The notes under the pieces: model-generated | The model's input: only the letters and a program-made list of their open reading frames with translations | The model's database searches: none | Told to the model about the DNA's origin: nothing | Assembly: GCA_964199315.1 (NCBI GenBank) | Contig: OZ116698.1 | Span: forward strand, 43,648,001 to 43,712,000 | Length of the DNA stretch: 64,000 nt | Source of the DNA: Orbicella franksi | Lineage: Eukaryota | Direction of reading: 5' to 3' | Position numbers and translations under genes: made by a program | Shown here: in pieces, positions 44,291 through 55,980 of the stretch | Layout: each line of letters opens with the position of its first letter | How positions within the stretch are numbered: position 1 is the stretch's first letter

Positions 44291-44534
44291 GCGCATGTCG
44301 GCTTTGCCATCACATGGTTTTGCGCCAATCGCATGAGTTTTCTTGTCATTGTTCTCGTTTTCATTTCCTTCAGTTCAGTGCATTTGCATTATTTCATATT
44401 TTTATGCGAGTGCACATCAAGGAAAAAATACACACAAAGAAATCTGATGTCTAGATTCAAATCCTTGCCAGTTTTTGGGACACATGTGTTACCAGCCCGA
44501 AAACAACCTGAAATCTTTGGCCTTTGTATGCTAA

Positions 44535-44819
44535 GGGTGCGTTTCTTTAAGAAAATCCAAGATTGGATTCTTAAATCTGAAAGAATCCGAAAACAGATTT
44601 TGCGTTTCTTTACTAAACAGATCAATCCAAGATCTCTGGTATCATGGTGCGTCAAAGGAACCGAAGAATCCACTCCCAGTGTGGATTCTTCGGTTCCTTT
44701 GACGCACCATGATTCGAGAGATCTTGGATTGATCTGTTTAGTAAAGAAACGCAAAATCTGTTTTCGGATTCTTTCAGATTTAAGAATCCAATCTTGGATT
44801 TTCTTAAAGAAACGCACTC
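44535..44819. mobile_element. PIF/Harbinger (Tourist-like) foldback MITE, TAA TSD
   Basis: 139-bp arms (44535-44673 / 44681-44819), about 3 mismatches, 7-nt loop; taa|gggtgcg ... cgcactc|taa. Confidence 0.88.
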
Positions 44820-47800
44820 TAAATGATTTATAACACTCGTTATTTTGCAGGTTGAGCCAACAAAACCTCTTGGGCCATAGAATTGTTGCTCTCTACCTAT
44901 GCCCGTGCCGGTTCGAGAGGCATTGCAGTCTAGCCTGTCGCAAACAAAAAATAAAATAAAATGAAATAAAATAAATCCTGGCTCGAGCTCAGAGAGAAAA
45001 TGAAAATGCGCGCAATATGCTCAGACTAAAGAATACGACAAAACTGACGTTTTTTTCTTTTTTCAGAAAGAATCAATAAGTCAACAAATTTTTCATTAAA
45101 ATACTTATTTTGAAACCGGTTCATTTCTTCCCAAGCACGTGCGCATGAACTTAGACACGAACCCCACCCTCCTGAGAAGACTGTAACGTTTTACTGGAAG
45201 CATGCAGCTTAGAGTCCAGCTGAATTTGTGGATAAACAAACGTCTGAGTAAAAAGAAAACAAAACAAAACAAACCGGAAAAAAAACCGCTATTGGACGTT
45301 TTCCACATAATTGGAGATTGGTTTTTGAAAAGTCAAAATATTCTACACTGTATTACGCTTTTCGCTCAGTTTAGAGACAAAGTTTCATCTTTAACGATAT
45401 ACACAGATATTGTCTAGTTTGTTCATCGAAAATACAGATTCTAAGTCAATGATGCATTTCTCAAGTGATACTGATTCTACTGTAACGCATGTTATCACGG
45501 TCAATGCAATGTAAAACAGAGACAGACATCATTATATTGTCGGGTCATAAATAGGGTGTTTATCAAATCAACACGTTTCAAATAGCTAAATTTATGTACC
45601 ATCATCATAACAACCTTTTGCCTCCATTGTTTTTCAACCTGTTTTTTTACAAACAGTCAAATTCACGTCTTTAGCACCAGAACAGCCATTAATTATCGCG
45701 TGCATCATTGCCGGACTGATCTAAAAAAATTCACAATTCTTTACCAAGGTCCAAAGATCTGGAATTCCCTTCCTGTTACAATCACTTCATTGTCAAGTTT
45801 TCCCAATTTTAAGAAAAAATGAAACTGCTAGAGTTTTTAATAAAATAATTACTGAACTGGAAGAGCCGCACACTGTTGCAATATTTATGTAATCATATTG
45901 TTACGTACAAGGCGGCCTCAACTAAAAGCCTGATGGTTTCTAGAGGTCACCTCGCCTCATATTAAAATATTTATAAATACTGGACATCAAGTAAAAAGGC
46001 AAAATAAACAGAATGAATGAAGGAATGAAAAGGATGGCAAAAATCAAAGATTTTGTTCACAGATAGGGTAAGGGTTTGGGAAGTGGGCCGCACACCCTCA
46101 CCCAACTTTTCTGGAGTACCCCCCCCCCCCCCCCCCGCGCCCGGGCGTCGATACTTGCCAGATAGTCAAGACACAGATTAACAACTCAAAAATACGTGAA
46201 GTAACAATGGCATCGAAAGGGTTTAGCCGATAGTCGTAGAACCAATCGGTCAGAAAATCCTACCAGTGCGCCTATCACAGAAGTTTCACCGGCGCCCCCT
46301 AGGGTCCAACTCTGTTGCTATTGCTGCAGCCGGTTTCCTGCAAAGCTACTAAAACCAAGCACACAGTAGAAACAGAAGAAAATGGCGATAAGTTGTAGAG
46401 GAATCGCTAATATAATGCTACTGCAATCTACAGCGGAGTAGCGGTAAAATCGTCGTTGTGGATAAATCTGCATATGCCATTTCCATTTTGTGCTCGACGC
46501 TCAGCATTCTTGCCTAATATAAACCATGGGAAGTCTAATAGCTGAGGTGATGACAACGAAAAGAAAAATATAACATTTCAAAGTGTTCTCCATGTTCAAC
46601 TCAGTGTTACTTCGGCGTCGCTAAGTGAGCCCAGCGTTCTTTGCTTACAATAAAAAGAAAGTTATATGTGCCTTCGACAGTCGACAAACTCCAGGTTTTG
46701 GCTGGTTTTAAAGGCAAGTTTCCGAGACTGATAGACAAGTTGTGGGTGTCAAAGTGATTTGGGTATCCCTGTGTTTTGGGAACTCATTGTTAACAGCTTA
46801 AACGAGATCTAAATACTATAATGGGCTTGATTATCAGCTCTGTTGTTCTTAGAAATCAGTGATCCTGATAAGTTTTCACCGACTTCTTGCTTCTTTGTTT
46901 CACTTTGTTTCACTGTCAGCTGCGCCAGGCCCTGAGAAACAAAAGTGTTTACATAGGCAGAAAATAAGTTGAACTGATCCAAAACCGTACGCACTCTTGT
47001 ATATAAGGTAATTTTAATTTCAATTTTATATCCAGCCTGCAGATTCAACAGTTATAAATGCAGTGGACTAACTCAATGAAACCCTGCGATGATCCTACAT
47101 AACTTTCATCACCCGTAAATTCCTACAGTTGCATATTTCAATAACTATAATTTTCATATATATTGGTTTAGTATAATATTATCGTTATTGTGGTTTAGCC
47201 CAATTAGTCTGAAGTTGCTATTTAAGTGGCATGATTTCTTTGCTCAATTTAAGCTTTACTTACAAAAACCATCTTACATTAAACACGGAAATTATCTTCT
47301 GAAACAAACATAGGTACTCAAGACCTGCAAAAGTCAATTTCTGAGTGAGGGTGGGGGGAGATGCAAAAGAAAATACTGGATGTTTGAACTTTACAGAAAA
47401 AGAGATTCACACGACTGAGTTGAAATTGTTGTGAAGTGGACAACAACAGAGGAAATAGTGAACTAATCTGTATTTTTAACACGGAATTAAGGAAGTGTAA
47501 ACGGTCACCCTATCTATTTTCCTTACTGAGGAACCGCTAGGCGGGCAGTTCTTTTTGCTCACCCTTCAGTCCATGGCTTACATTTGCATTTCAGAAAAAA
47601 AAAAAAGAATGGTGCTACATTGTCAGGTATTCATTAGCGCTGCATTTAACTTGATTCCAAGTCAGGAATTTTGTCTTCCTTCGAATGGTGTTAATAAATT
47701 CGTTCACGCTGTTAATCTCAGAGTTCGTCTCTCTTAGACCTGACACAAGTTTGGCTTGTTCTTCTGTATGTCTTGTTTCACCATCACCCTTTTGACTCTT

Positions 47801-48141
47801 TCCTACTTTGGCTTTTCTCTGTAAGTCCTGCATATCCTCCATTGACGGCAGTTGAACTCTGGTATAACCACTTCACGATTTCACTCACTGTTCTCAGCTC
47901 GTTTTTGTTCAGAAGTCTCTCACATCAAATTCGACATAAATGAAAGCTAATCTTACCATCTTTTGTCTGTGCGGTCATTTTGAATTCTAAATAACGTAGT
48001 CAGTTAGCGAGAGACCGTCAGCGCTAGCTGTTTTTTAAGTTCCAGAAGTTCGGATGAGGATTAAGCCAAATGTCCATCTTCAGTAATTCCTTCTTGATCT
48101 CTCTTTGATCTGTATCGGGTGCCGGGTCACGCGTTTTCTCA

Positions 48142-48695
48142 GGCCCAGTTCATACGTCGCATTTCTGCCGTGTCGAATTTAATTCAATTAAGTGCGGCAG
48201 AAATGCGACTGTGGATTCATACGTCGCACTTGTGTCGCACTTAATTCAGAATTTATACTCTCGGGTATGTTGGCCAGCGGAAAATGTTTTAAACGTAGAG
48301 TATTCAATGTGGCGGACGAAATTACTGAGCGACGAAGGACTTTAATTTTGCGAAAAATTGTCCGCCTATGGAACGAGAAGGAGAAGACTGACAACGGAGC
48401 AGTATGTGTTGCAATATGTTCAGGTTGCATTGGGTCGAGAATGGCCAAGTTTCTCCTTTTTCTTTGGCGGGAAAACATGTACCCATGCTCAATACATTAA
48501 CATAATGTGTGCATTAGATTCGATACGGCAGAAATTCGACGTCTGAATCGGTGTCGCATTTCTGTCGGATAATGCGACAAGACCAGTCGAGCGTGCGGCA
48601 GAAATGCGGCAGCCGATTTAGACGTTGAGTTTCTGTCGAATTTAATTCAATGAACTGAATTCGACACGGTAGAAATGCGACGTATGAATCGGACC
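48142..48695. mobile_element. PIF/Harbinger-type non-autonomous element, 3-bp TSD TCA
   Basis: ~38-bp TIRs ggcccagttcatacgtcgcatttctgccgtgtcgaatt / reverse complement; tca on both sides. Confidence 0.82.
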
Positions 48696-49278
48696 TCACA
48701 AAGAGTCTGGGATTTCATCCCTCAGTAGCGCTACAAATTAAAGAAAGCCAAAATATAAATCTTTAACTTAGTACTGAACTCTTTAACAAATTTAACTTTA
48801 ACTTTACAAATTATTATAACTTTAAACAGGTTCCAAGTATGCGGAACTTATTAAGCACGGTTAGACCTCGTTATGTCAAAGTCGGTTATTCGATCGAATT
48901 CCATGCTTTCTCGAATTCAGATCATCACCCTGGGTATACTTTCGTCAGTCATTTTCTATCGATAGGCTAGTGTGAACCCCGTCCTGTTGAACAATTTTTC
49001 GTTTCTCCCATTAGTGCTGGAGAAATTCATTGGAGAAGTAGTCAGCATGCATACTATACCTACATGGCATGCATGCTGGGTCGATGCAGGTTTTTTTTTA
49101 TACCAGTTTCTTAGATTTCTCTTGCCGTCACCATTACGCATTTCTACAACTGGACGGATACATGTTTTCAGTTTGCAATAGCAAATAACATGCTTAATTA
49201 ATACACCTAGTCAAGAATTTTCTCTTGACCTAGTACAGTCATCACTTACCGGGTGGGTTTATATCGTCATCATCGGTA

Positions 49279-49288
49279 ACAGCAGCGT

Positions 49289-49348
<60 letters not shown>

Positions 49349-49442
49349 TCAGCAGCACCAGTAGCAGGAGCAGCAGTAGCAGCAACAGCAACAGCAACAG
49401 CAGCATCAGCAGCACCAGTAGCAGCATTAGCATTAGCATTAG

Positions 49443-49472
<30 letters not shown>
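49279..49472. repeat. Compound (CAG)/(CAACAG)/(CATTAG)/(CAT) microsatellite
   Basis: Direct reading; internal ~45-bp block repeated at 60-bp spacing. Confidence 0.9.
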
Positions 49473-49473
<1 letters not shown>

Positions 49474-51249
49474 GCTTCTTTGTAAGGTATTGTATGGAAC
49501 GTTTACAGTGATGCGTTAAATAATAGAAAACAAAAATACAAATAAGTACCGCTCCGTGTTGAAGATAAGATGGTAGTAACGACCCTTGATTTATTTTTGC
49601 TCAAAAGGTCTTTTTAGTGGCGTCATGAGCTACAGCTCCAACAAACGGTCTAACTTAATATTGTGCGCAATCAGGTTGCTGTATTTCATTGGGTTTCAAC
49701 TCCAACTCTGAGATTGTTGCGCGTAACGTCAGTGCGCGCTGTGTTGGAGGACTAGAATCCTTCCGGGGAGGGGAAGCGGTGACAGACTCCAATATAAAAA
49801 GGTCGCGGATGCTTGTCGGGACATTTGAATTAAACGCCCAGTGTTTCAGCCAGAAAATTTTCCTTGAGGGCCAAAATGACCCCTGAAGACCTTTTTTAGG
49901 GGCCAATTTTTTAGGAAAGGGGCCAATAAATTGAAAGCTACAGAAGGAAAAATGCGTCAGGGTACCAAGGGAAAATAAAGCAGTTTATTAGGATTTAGAA
50001 TAAAATTTAATATTAAATGCTTTTTGCTTCTACTCAATAAATTTCTTTTGAATCAGATACTATGATCCGTGCATTACAAGATAACAGTCCTTAGGCATAC
50101 ATGACATAGTCAATGATCAAGGGTTTGCAATGCATTATAGGCGATTTCAAACTTGGAAGTTTTCCGATGTGAGATAATCAATACAGCAGAGCAAAAAGAT
50201 GGATTGACTTCTTTCCTTATCTTGAATGTTTTAGAAGCAAAGATCTTTCAATATGATTGTCTAGAAGGACATAATGTGTGACAAAATAACCGGATTGATC
50301 GTCAACACAGAGAAGTGTAGTCGCCATTATGGTGACTAAACCAGAATTTTTGCCGAATTTTGGTCACCAATGATGAAATGTTAGTTACATTGGTGACCGT
50401 ATCAGTCGCAATTTCGAGCCCTGGGATGGCTTTTAAAATACTACGCCTGGTTAAGCCTGTAGTCTTGTAAAAGGAAAGGGCCAAATTGGTCCTTTCTTCG
50501 TTTTTCTGGGGGCCATCTCTGATTGCAACGCGGGATTCCCGCAATGGCGCGCTCTTGCGCAAACACTGACGCCTAAAGAAGACCAACATAACGGGATCAA
50601 TTACCAGTCGCTGGTCAGGAAAGGAGCGCGCGCTAGTGGACCTGACTTGAGAGAGAGCGATGGAAATCGAGCCTAAAAACGGAAATGAAAACGTTTTTAG
50701 TATCGTTTCTCCGAGTGCCCTCACAAGGATAGATACTTTGACAGCTAAAATTAGTGGCGTTCCGTCATAAACACCCCAAGTGAGACCAGAATTCTTGATT
50801 CATATCCCTAAGCGAGACGACGAGAATCAACGACCTTTCCACTTGAGACTACTTCTGTAACATTGCGGGCGATGACATAATTTAACGGGTATCCATAGGC
50901 CCATGCTTCGATTAAAATGGTCTTTCACAAGCACAGTTGGCGATCTCAGAATCCTTCGAATCTCATTAATGTGACGTCATGCATGTTCTACCGACAACAC
51001 TGACGCGAGGGTTCGCGGGAGTGTTTCTAGTCCAAGAGAGTGGAAAAAGAATTTCAATGGCCACGGATAAAGGAATGATCATGGGAGCATGAGAATAATC
51101 CCTTGGTCACGTCACTTCCGCCGGAGAGTGTAGGCGTTCTTGCCGGGTTGTTTGCCTCATAGTGAGCTGACAGCACACAAAAATGGCAGTCATCAAAGTT
51201 GAAGTGAACGACATTAGTTTAAGCTGTGCTATGCGTCTAGATTGATCAC

Positions 51250-53301
51250 TTGATGATTAATGGCACATGGCGACGCTCACTTCTGGATGTTAAGGTGAGA
51301 AGAGGAGCTGATGTTGGCAGTGACCATCATCTTGTCACGGCGTATGTTAAGCTGAAGCTAAGAAGCACTGGTCGAAAGTCATCTTGCAACCAGCACTTCA
51401 ACACAGACGACTTGAAAGAGTCATCAGTGAAGAATGCCCTCATCACTCAACTCAGAAATCGATTTCAATCCTTGGCGGTTCTGTCTGATGAGCCCGAACC
51501 TGATGAAGTCAACAATATATGGAAGCAAGTGTCTTTCACTTTCACAGAGAGCAGCAAGGCATGTCTAGGTTTTAAGAAGGCAGTAAGGAAGAAGAAGTGG
51601 ATAAAGCCAGCAACCTTAAGAGCCATCGAGGGCAGACGAAATCTGAAGAAGAAACTACTTGACACCAAATTAGAAAGGTTGCTGGAACGCTATAAGATCC
51701 AGTACAGAAAGGCTGACCGAAGTGTTAAGAGAATGGCAAGAGCCGACAAACGCGCAAATATTGATGAGCTTGCTAGCCAGGCAGAGAATGCAGCTAACAG
51801 AGGAGAGCAGGGAAAGGTTTACAAAATCACAAAACTGGTATGTGGCAAGTATGGGGGCAGAAAGGTAGCCCCTGTTAAGTATTTACAGGGTAGACTGCTT
51901 ACCACCGAAAGAGAGCAGGAAGCTCGTTGGGCAGAGCACTTTATGGATGTCCTCAACACACGCCCACCCACAGTTGAAGCTGACATTCAAGAGGCTGAGA
52001 CCGACCTGGATGTGAACACAGATCCTCCAAGCAAGCAGGAAATCATTGCAGCCATAAAAACCTTAAAAAAAAACAAAGCCCCTGGCCAAGACAACCTGAA
52101 TGCGGAGCTTTTCAAGGCTGGCCCTGAACTTTCAGCAATGATTCTACAGCCCCTGTTTACTGCAGTATGGGAGCAGGAGAGAGTGCCAGATGACTGGACC
52201 AAAGATACCATCATAAAGATCCACAAAAAAGGTCCGTTAAGCGACTGCAATAACTGTCGTGGCGTCACCCTCCTATCCACCCCAAGTAAAATCCTGGCAA
52301 AGATTATCATCCAACGAATCTCCAGTGCAGTAGATCAGCAGCTCAGGCAAGAACAGGCTGGATTCCGCAGGGGTAGGGGTTGTGTAGATCAGCTATTCAC
52401 ACTGCGTGACATCATTGAGCAATGTACCGAATGGCAGAGGCAACTGTACATAAGCCTTTTAGATTTCCAAAAGGCTTTCGACAGTATACACAGAGACAGC
52501 TTGTGGCACATACTTCGAGCCTATGGTGTTCCTCAGAAGATTGTCCAACTTATACAGAGCTTCTATGAAGCCTTCACTTGTAGCGTAGAGAACAGTGATA
52601 TCAGTTTTGAGGTAAAGACGGGCGCCAGACAGGGCTGCGTGATGTCTGCACTGCTATTCAACTTAGCTATCGACTGGGTGATGCGCCGTACTACGGAAGA
52701 CCATCCCAGGGGCATCAGGTGGACCCTCTTCTCCAACTTAGAGGATCTAGATTTTGCGGATGATTTAGCTCTGCTTTCTCACACCCACAACCTATATTCC
52801 ACATTGTGTGGTAAAAGAACAATTCTACCTATTTTAGACTATGGTTGCACCGTATGGGGATTTTGCAGCAAGAAGAACTCTGATTTTTTAGAAAGGCTGC
52901 AAAATAAGGCGATGAGAATAATTTTGAGAACAAATCGCTTAACGTGCACACAGTTTATGAGAGAGAAGCTTGGTCTGTTAACCTTATTCAATAGGCGGCG
53001 TTATATACGTCTACAGTTAGTTTATAGAATCGTGAACGATCATAACTGTCCCAGGCAACTACAAGGCTATTTTGTATTACGATCCGACGTCCGTGGTAAG
53101 GTCTTGAGAGACAACAGAGAACTTCATCTCCCTAGAACTAAAACTGCTACGGGCCAGTCCTCATTCATGTACGCTGCTGCCAAGGAATGGAATGAGCTCC
53201 CAAACGACCATCGAAACTGCAGTAGTCTGAAAATTTTTAAAACTAAACTTTTTAAATTTTTTAGTGATTTAGACAAGACTGATCATAAATGTAGTGTTTA
53301 G
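51250..53301 (+). CDS. Chimeric LINE ORF: RTE partial endonuclease and RT to FADD, fused in frame to the C-terminus of an L2/CR1-group ORF2
   Basis: Uninterrupted 683-codon ORF; RTE similarity ends at LALLSHTHN (about 52791). Confidence 0.7.
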   Translation: MMINGTWRRSLLDVKVRRGADVGSDHHLVTAYVKLKLRSTGRKSSCNQHFNTDDLKESSVKNALITQLRNRFQSLAVLSDEPEPDEVNNIWKQVSFTFTESSKACLGFKKAVRKKKWIKPATLRAIEGRRNLKKKLLDTKLERLLERYKIQYRKADRSVKRMARADKRANIDELASQAENAANRGEQGKVYKITKLVCGKYGGRKVAPVKYLQGRLLTTEREQEARWAEHFMDVLNTRPPTVEADIQEAETDLDVNTDPPSKQEIIAAIKTLKKNKAPGQDNLNAELFKAGPELSAMILQPLFTAVWEQERVPDDWTKDTIIKIHKKGPLSDCNNCRGVTLLSTPSKILAKIIIQRISSAVDQQLRQEQAGFRRGRGCVDQLFTLRDIIEQCTEWQRQLYISLLDFQKAFDSIHRDSLWHILRAYGVPQKIVQLIQSFYEAFTCSVENSDISFEVKTGARQGCVMSALLFNLAIDWVMRRTTEDHPRGIRWTLFSNLEDLDFADDLALLSHTHNLYSTLCGKRTILPILDYGCTVWGFCSKKNSDFLERLQNKAMRIILRTNRLTCTQFMREKLGLLTLFNRRRYIRLQLVYRIVNDHNCPRQLQGYFVLRSDVRGKVLRDNRELHLPRTKTATGQSSFMYAAAKEWNELPNDHRNCSSLKIFKTKLFKFFSDLDKTDHKCSV

Positions 53302-53452
53302 ATTTTTTTTTTTAGTATTGTTTGATTGATTATCGTTTTTTACCATGTAATTTATAGATACTGATCATCGGTTTATACCAGCGTCTTCCTCCTGGACTTC
53401 GCTGATCGGTCTTTCAGTTTTAAATAAAGCGGCTTTTATTGTTATTATTATT
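52792..53452 (+). mobile_element. 3' fragment of an L2/Crack/Daphne-like (CR1 group) LINE inserted in the RTE
   Basis: ILPILDYGCTVW...LERLQNKAMRII...RRRYIRL...SFMYAAAKEWNELP...SLKIFKTKL*, 3' UTR, AATAAA at 53423, (ATT)n tail. Confidence 0.85.
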
Positions 53453-54193
53453 ATGCAAGAGAAGACCAGCTTTTTAAGTAAATATGCACACCAGGTGGGA
53501 CTAAACATCAGCCTCACCAAAACAGAGGTCATGGCCCTTAACATCTCTAACCCTCAGCCCATCAAGGTGAATGGAAAGGACCTCCCAATGACCGATCAGT
53601 TTAAATACTTGGGCAGCATCGTCAGGCAAGATGGTGGTGCAGGCTTAGACATCCAGAGCCGGCTAAACAAAGCCAGAAACACCTTCAGGATGCTGAACAA
53701 TGTGTGGCGGTCGTCACAGTACAGTACACATACCAAGCTCAAGATCTATCAGAGGTGTGTTCTTTCTACCCTTTTGTATGGGTCAGAATGTTGGCGAATG
53801 TTTGAAAGTGATCTGGGAAAGCTGCCAACCTTTCACAACAAAAGTCTGCGAAAAATACTCCGCATCTTCTGGCCTCAGACCATTTCCAACAAGGATCTGC
53901 TTTCGCGGTGCAAACAGGAGGACATGGGTACTATTATTATGCAACGACGCTGGAGGTGGATTGGCCATGTCATTCGAAAGGATAATGAATCCGTCACAAA
54001 GACAGCACTACACTGGACTCCCGAAGGCAGGCGCAAGCGTGGCAGGCCTAAGAACACATGGCGTCGCACTGTAGAGACAGAATTGAGGGGCTTAAAACAG
54101 AGCTGGAACAAGATCCAACAGCTATCCAAAGACAGACAGAAGTGGAAGAACTTTGTTGCTGCCCTACGTGCCAGTGGGCACCATGGGCAGTGA
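53453..54193 (+). CDS. RTE ORF C-terminal part (RT thumb and C-terminal domain), detached by the insertion
   Basis: MQEKT continues the RTE consensus after LALLSHTH; open for 246 codons. Confidence 0.8.
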   Translation: MQEKTSFLSKYAHQVGLNISLTKTEVMALNISNPQPIKVNGKDLPMTDQFKYLGSIVRQDGGAGLDIQSRLNKARNTFRMLNNVWRSSQYSTHTKLKIYQRCVLSTLLYGSECWRMFESDLGKLPTFHNKSLRKILRIFWPQTISNKDLLSRCKQEDMGTIIMQRRWRWIGHVIRKDNESVTKTALHWTPEGRRKRGRPKNTWRRTVETELRGLKQSWNKIQQLSKDRQKWKNFVAALRASGHHGQ

Positions 54194-55980
54194 GTGAGTG
54201 AGTGAATGCGTCTAGCTACGTCACGACCCAATCAATCTACATCCAATTTTCCGCTTCACGATCAAGAAAGGACCGCGTGCAAACCATGTGGCGGTAACGA
54301 TTTGTATTTTGAGGTTGGCTAATTAATCGATCTTTCGATATTTTGATTGAGCGGCACGCAAAAGTTTAAATGTATTCTATTATACGATCAACACAAACAA
54401 GTTCGACTAAGGATTGCTAGCCGGGCTCAGTTATATGAAGCTTTGATTTGTTGCACTGTCTGAGAGGCGTCGTTGGCCACCGTTTGCCGCCGTTGCATAT
54501 ATTTTATTCAGCCAAACATTCAAACATATTTCCTGTACTTGCCCACCAAAAGAAAAGAGCATCTGGATAGCAATATTGACGGTGGTGTCATTGAAATCAG
54601 TGAGTAAGATTTCAATTTCTGTTCTTGCTCATTCACAATATTAATTTATCTTGATCCATCTGTTCCTAACAATTCTGATATATTTTAGTGTGCTTCAGAC
54701 ACGCGTGAAATATTTGATCTATCTTTATTTGCATTATTCCGCTTTCGATCGTTTTTTCGTTGTTGAATTTCTACTTTTTCCGTGTTCCTCACCTAATGTC
54801 TCTATAAAGTTCAGAGTTCCTTATTCGATCATATTGTATTGCGTTTTTTTTCTGAGGCAATAAATCGCTGTGACTATATGCCGGCAAAGCAGCCTGGAAC
54901 GGTCTTAAACTGTAGTTTCTCGACAAACCGGAATTTCCATACGTTTTCGATCGGCAGAAGGTCATATTTACACCTATCAAGAGTATTCTAGGTTTGTTTG
55001 GATTGCTAAGCGATTGCAAAAATCTATTTCATTTGGTTTTCTACTTGACGAATTGTCCAAGCTTGAGCATACTTTAAAATCGCCATGTTCTCGAAAAGTT
55101 ATTGCCAAACTAGCTCACAATTTGAAACTATATGATTACAGAATTTCGACTTAAGATTAAGTATCTATGTTTAGAAGTGTTAAGTGATTCCGAAAGCTAG
55201 TTCCGTTGTTTCTGTAGTTGTCGGGCGAATCTTGTGAGCTTGGGCATAGCCCCCAAACTCCATGTTTTCATTTCACTGAACCAGCTTTGATTGCTAGGCA
55301 TTTTGTGTAATTGAGGCCGTGCCGGTGAGTTAGAGTTCAGTTTCAAATTCCAAAACAACTTACTGTTTAAAACGAAAACACGCAGAACACGGTCCTTGGA
55401 ATCGCTAAACAATTCTAAATAAAGTAGGGTGGCGAAACGTATAAAATGCGAGACGGCGAAACTAGCGTTCTTCTTTGCGTGCTCGAGACATTTTGACTTT
55501 TTAAAATGCGAGACCGATCGAGACTTCAAACTGTTTTTAGTACGAGACCGTTAAAGTCTCAAAATTCATTCATTCATTCGAGCCCCAGAGTGATGATGTA
55601 CAGAGGTCTTCAGTCTTCAGTTGTATTAAATTGCTTAGCTTGTACGGCAGATTAAATCTGAGACTTTCTTACCCTTACAAAAAAACCCTCAAAACTCCGA
55701 GACAACTTTGTATAACGATCGAGACTTCGAGACGCACAGCTAGTAACCACTAAGGGAACGAGACTGTCAGACCCGTGAAATTTGACTAAAATTTTGCAGG
55801 AGCCATGCAGAACACATTTAAAAAACGAATGCGATTGTCTTATGGTTAAATCATTACTTTCCTGGCTGAGTTTTATTAAAATGGCTAAATGTAATTTGAT
55901 ATTGTTAATAATTTAACGGTGAAATAAGATCGCATGAGCTGGTAGTCCAGCACCTCTTCCACACCTTTATTATTGCTTTT

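Larger units (their letters stand above)
51241..54205 (+). mobile_element. 5'-truncated RTE-clade LINE, interrupted by a second LINE
   Basis: 10-bp TSD atgcgtctag (51231-51240, 54206-54215); APE C-terminal motifs IDH/SDH, RT motifs KAPGQD, QEQAGFR, DFQKAFDS, GARQG, DFADD, then MQEKT...RRWRWIGH...WTPEGRRKRGRP; (GTGA)n tail. Confidence 0.93.

Noticed and set aside
44333-44833. Mirror ORFs RFFKKIQDWILKSERIRK on both strands
   Set aside because: Artefact of the palindromic MITE
49242-49472. Poly-Met/poly-Leu ORF
   Set aside because: Reverse-strand translation of the microsatellite
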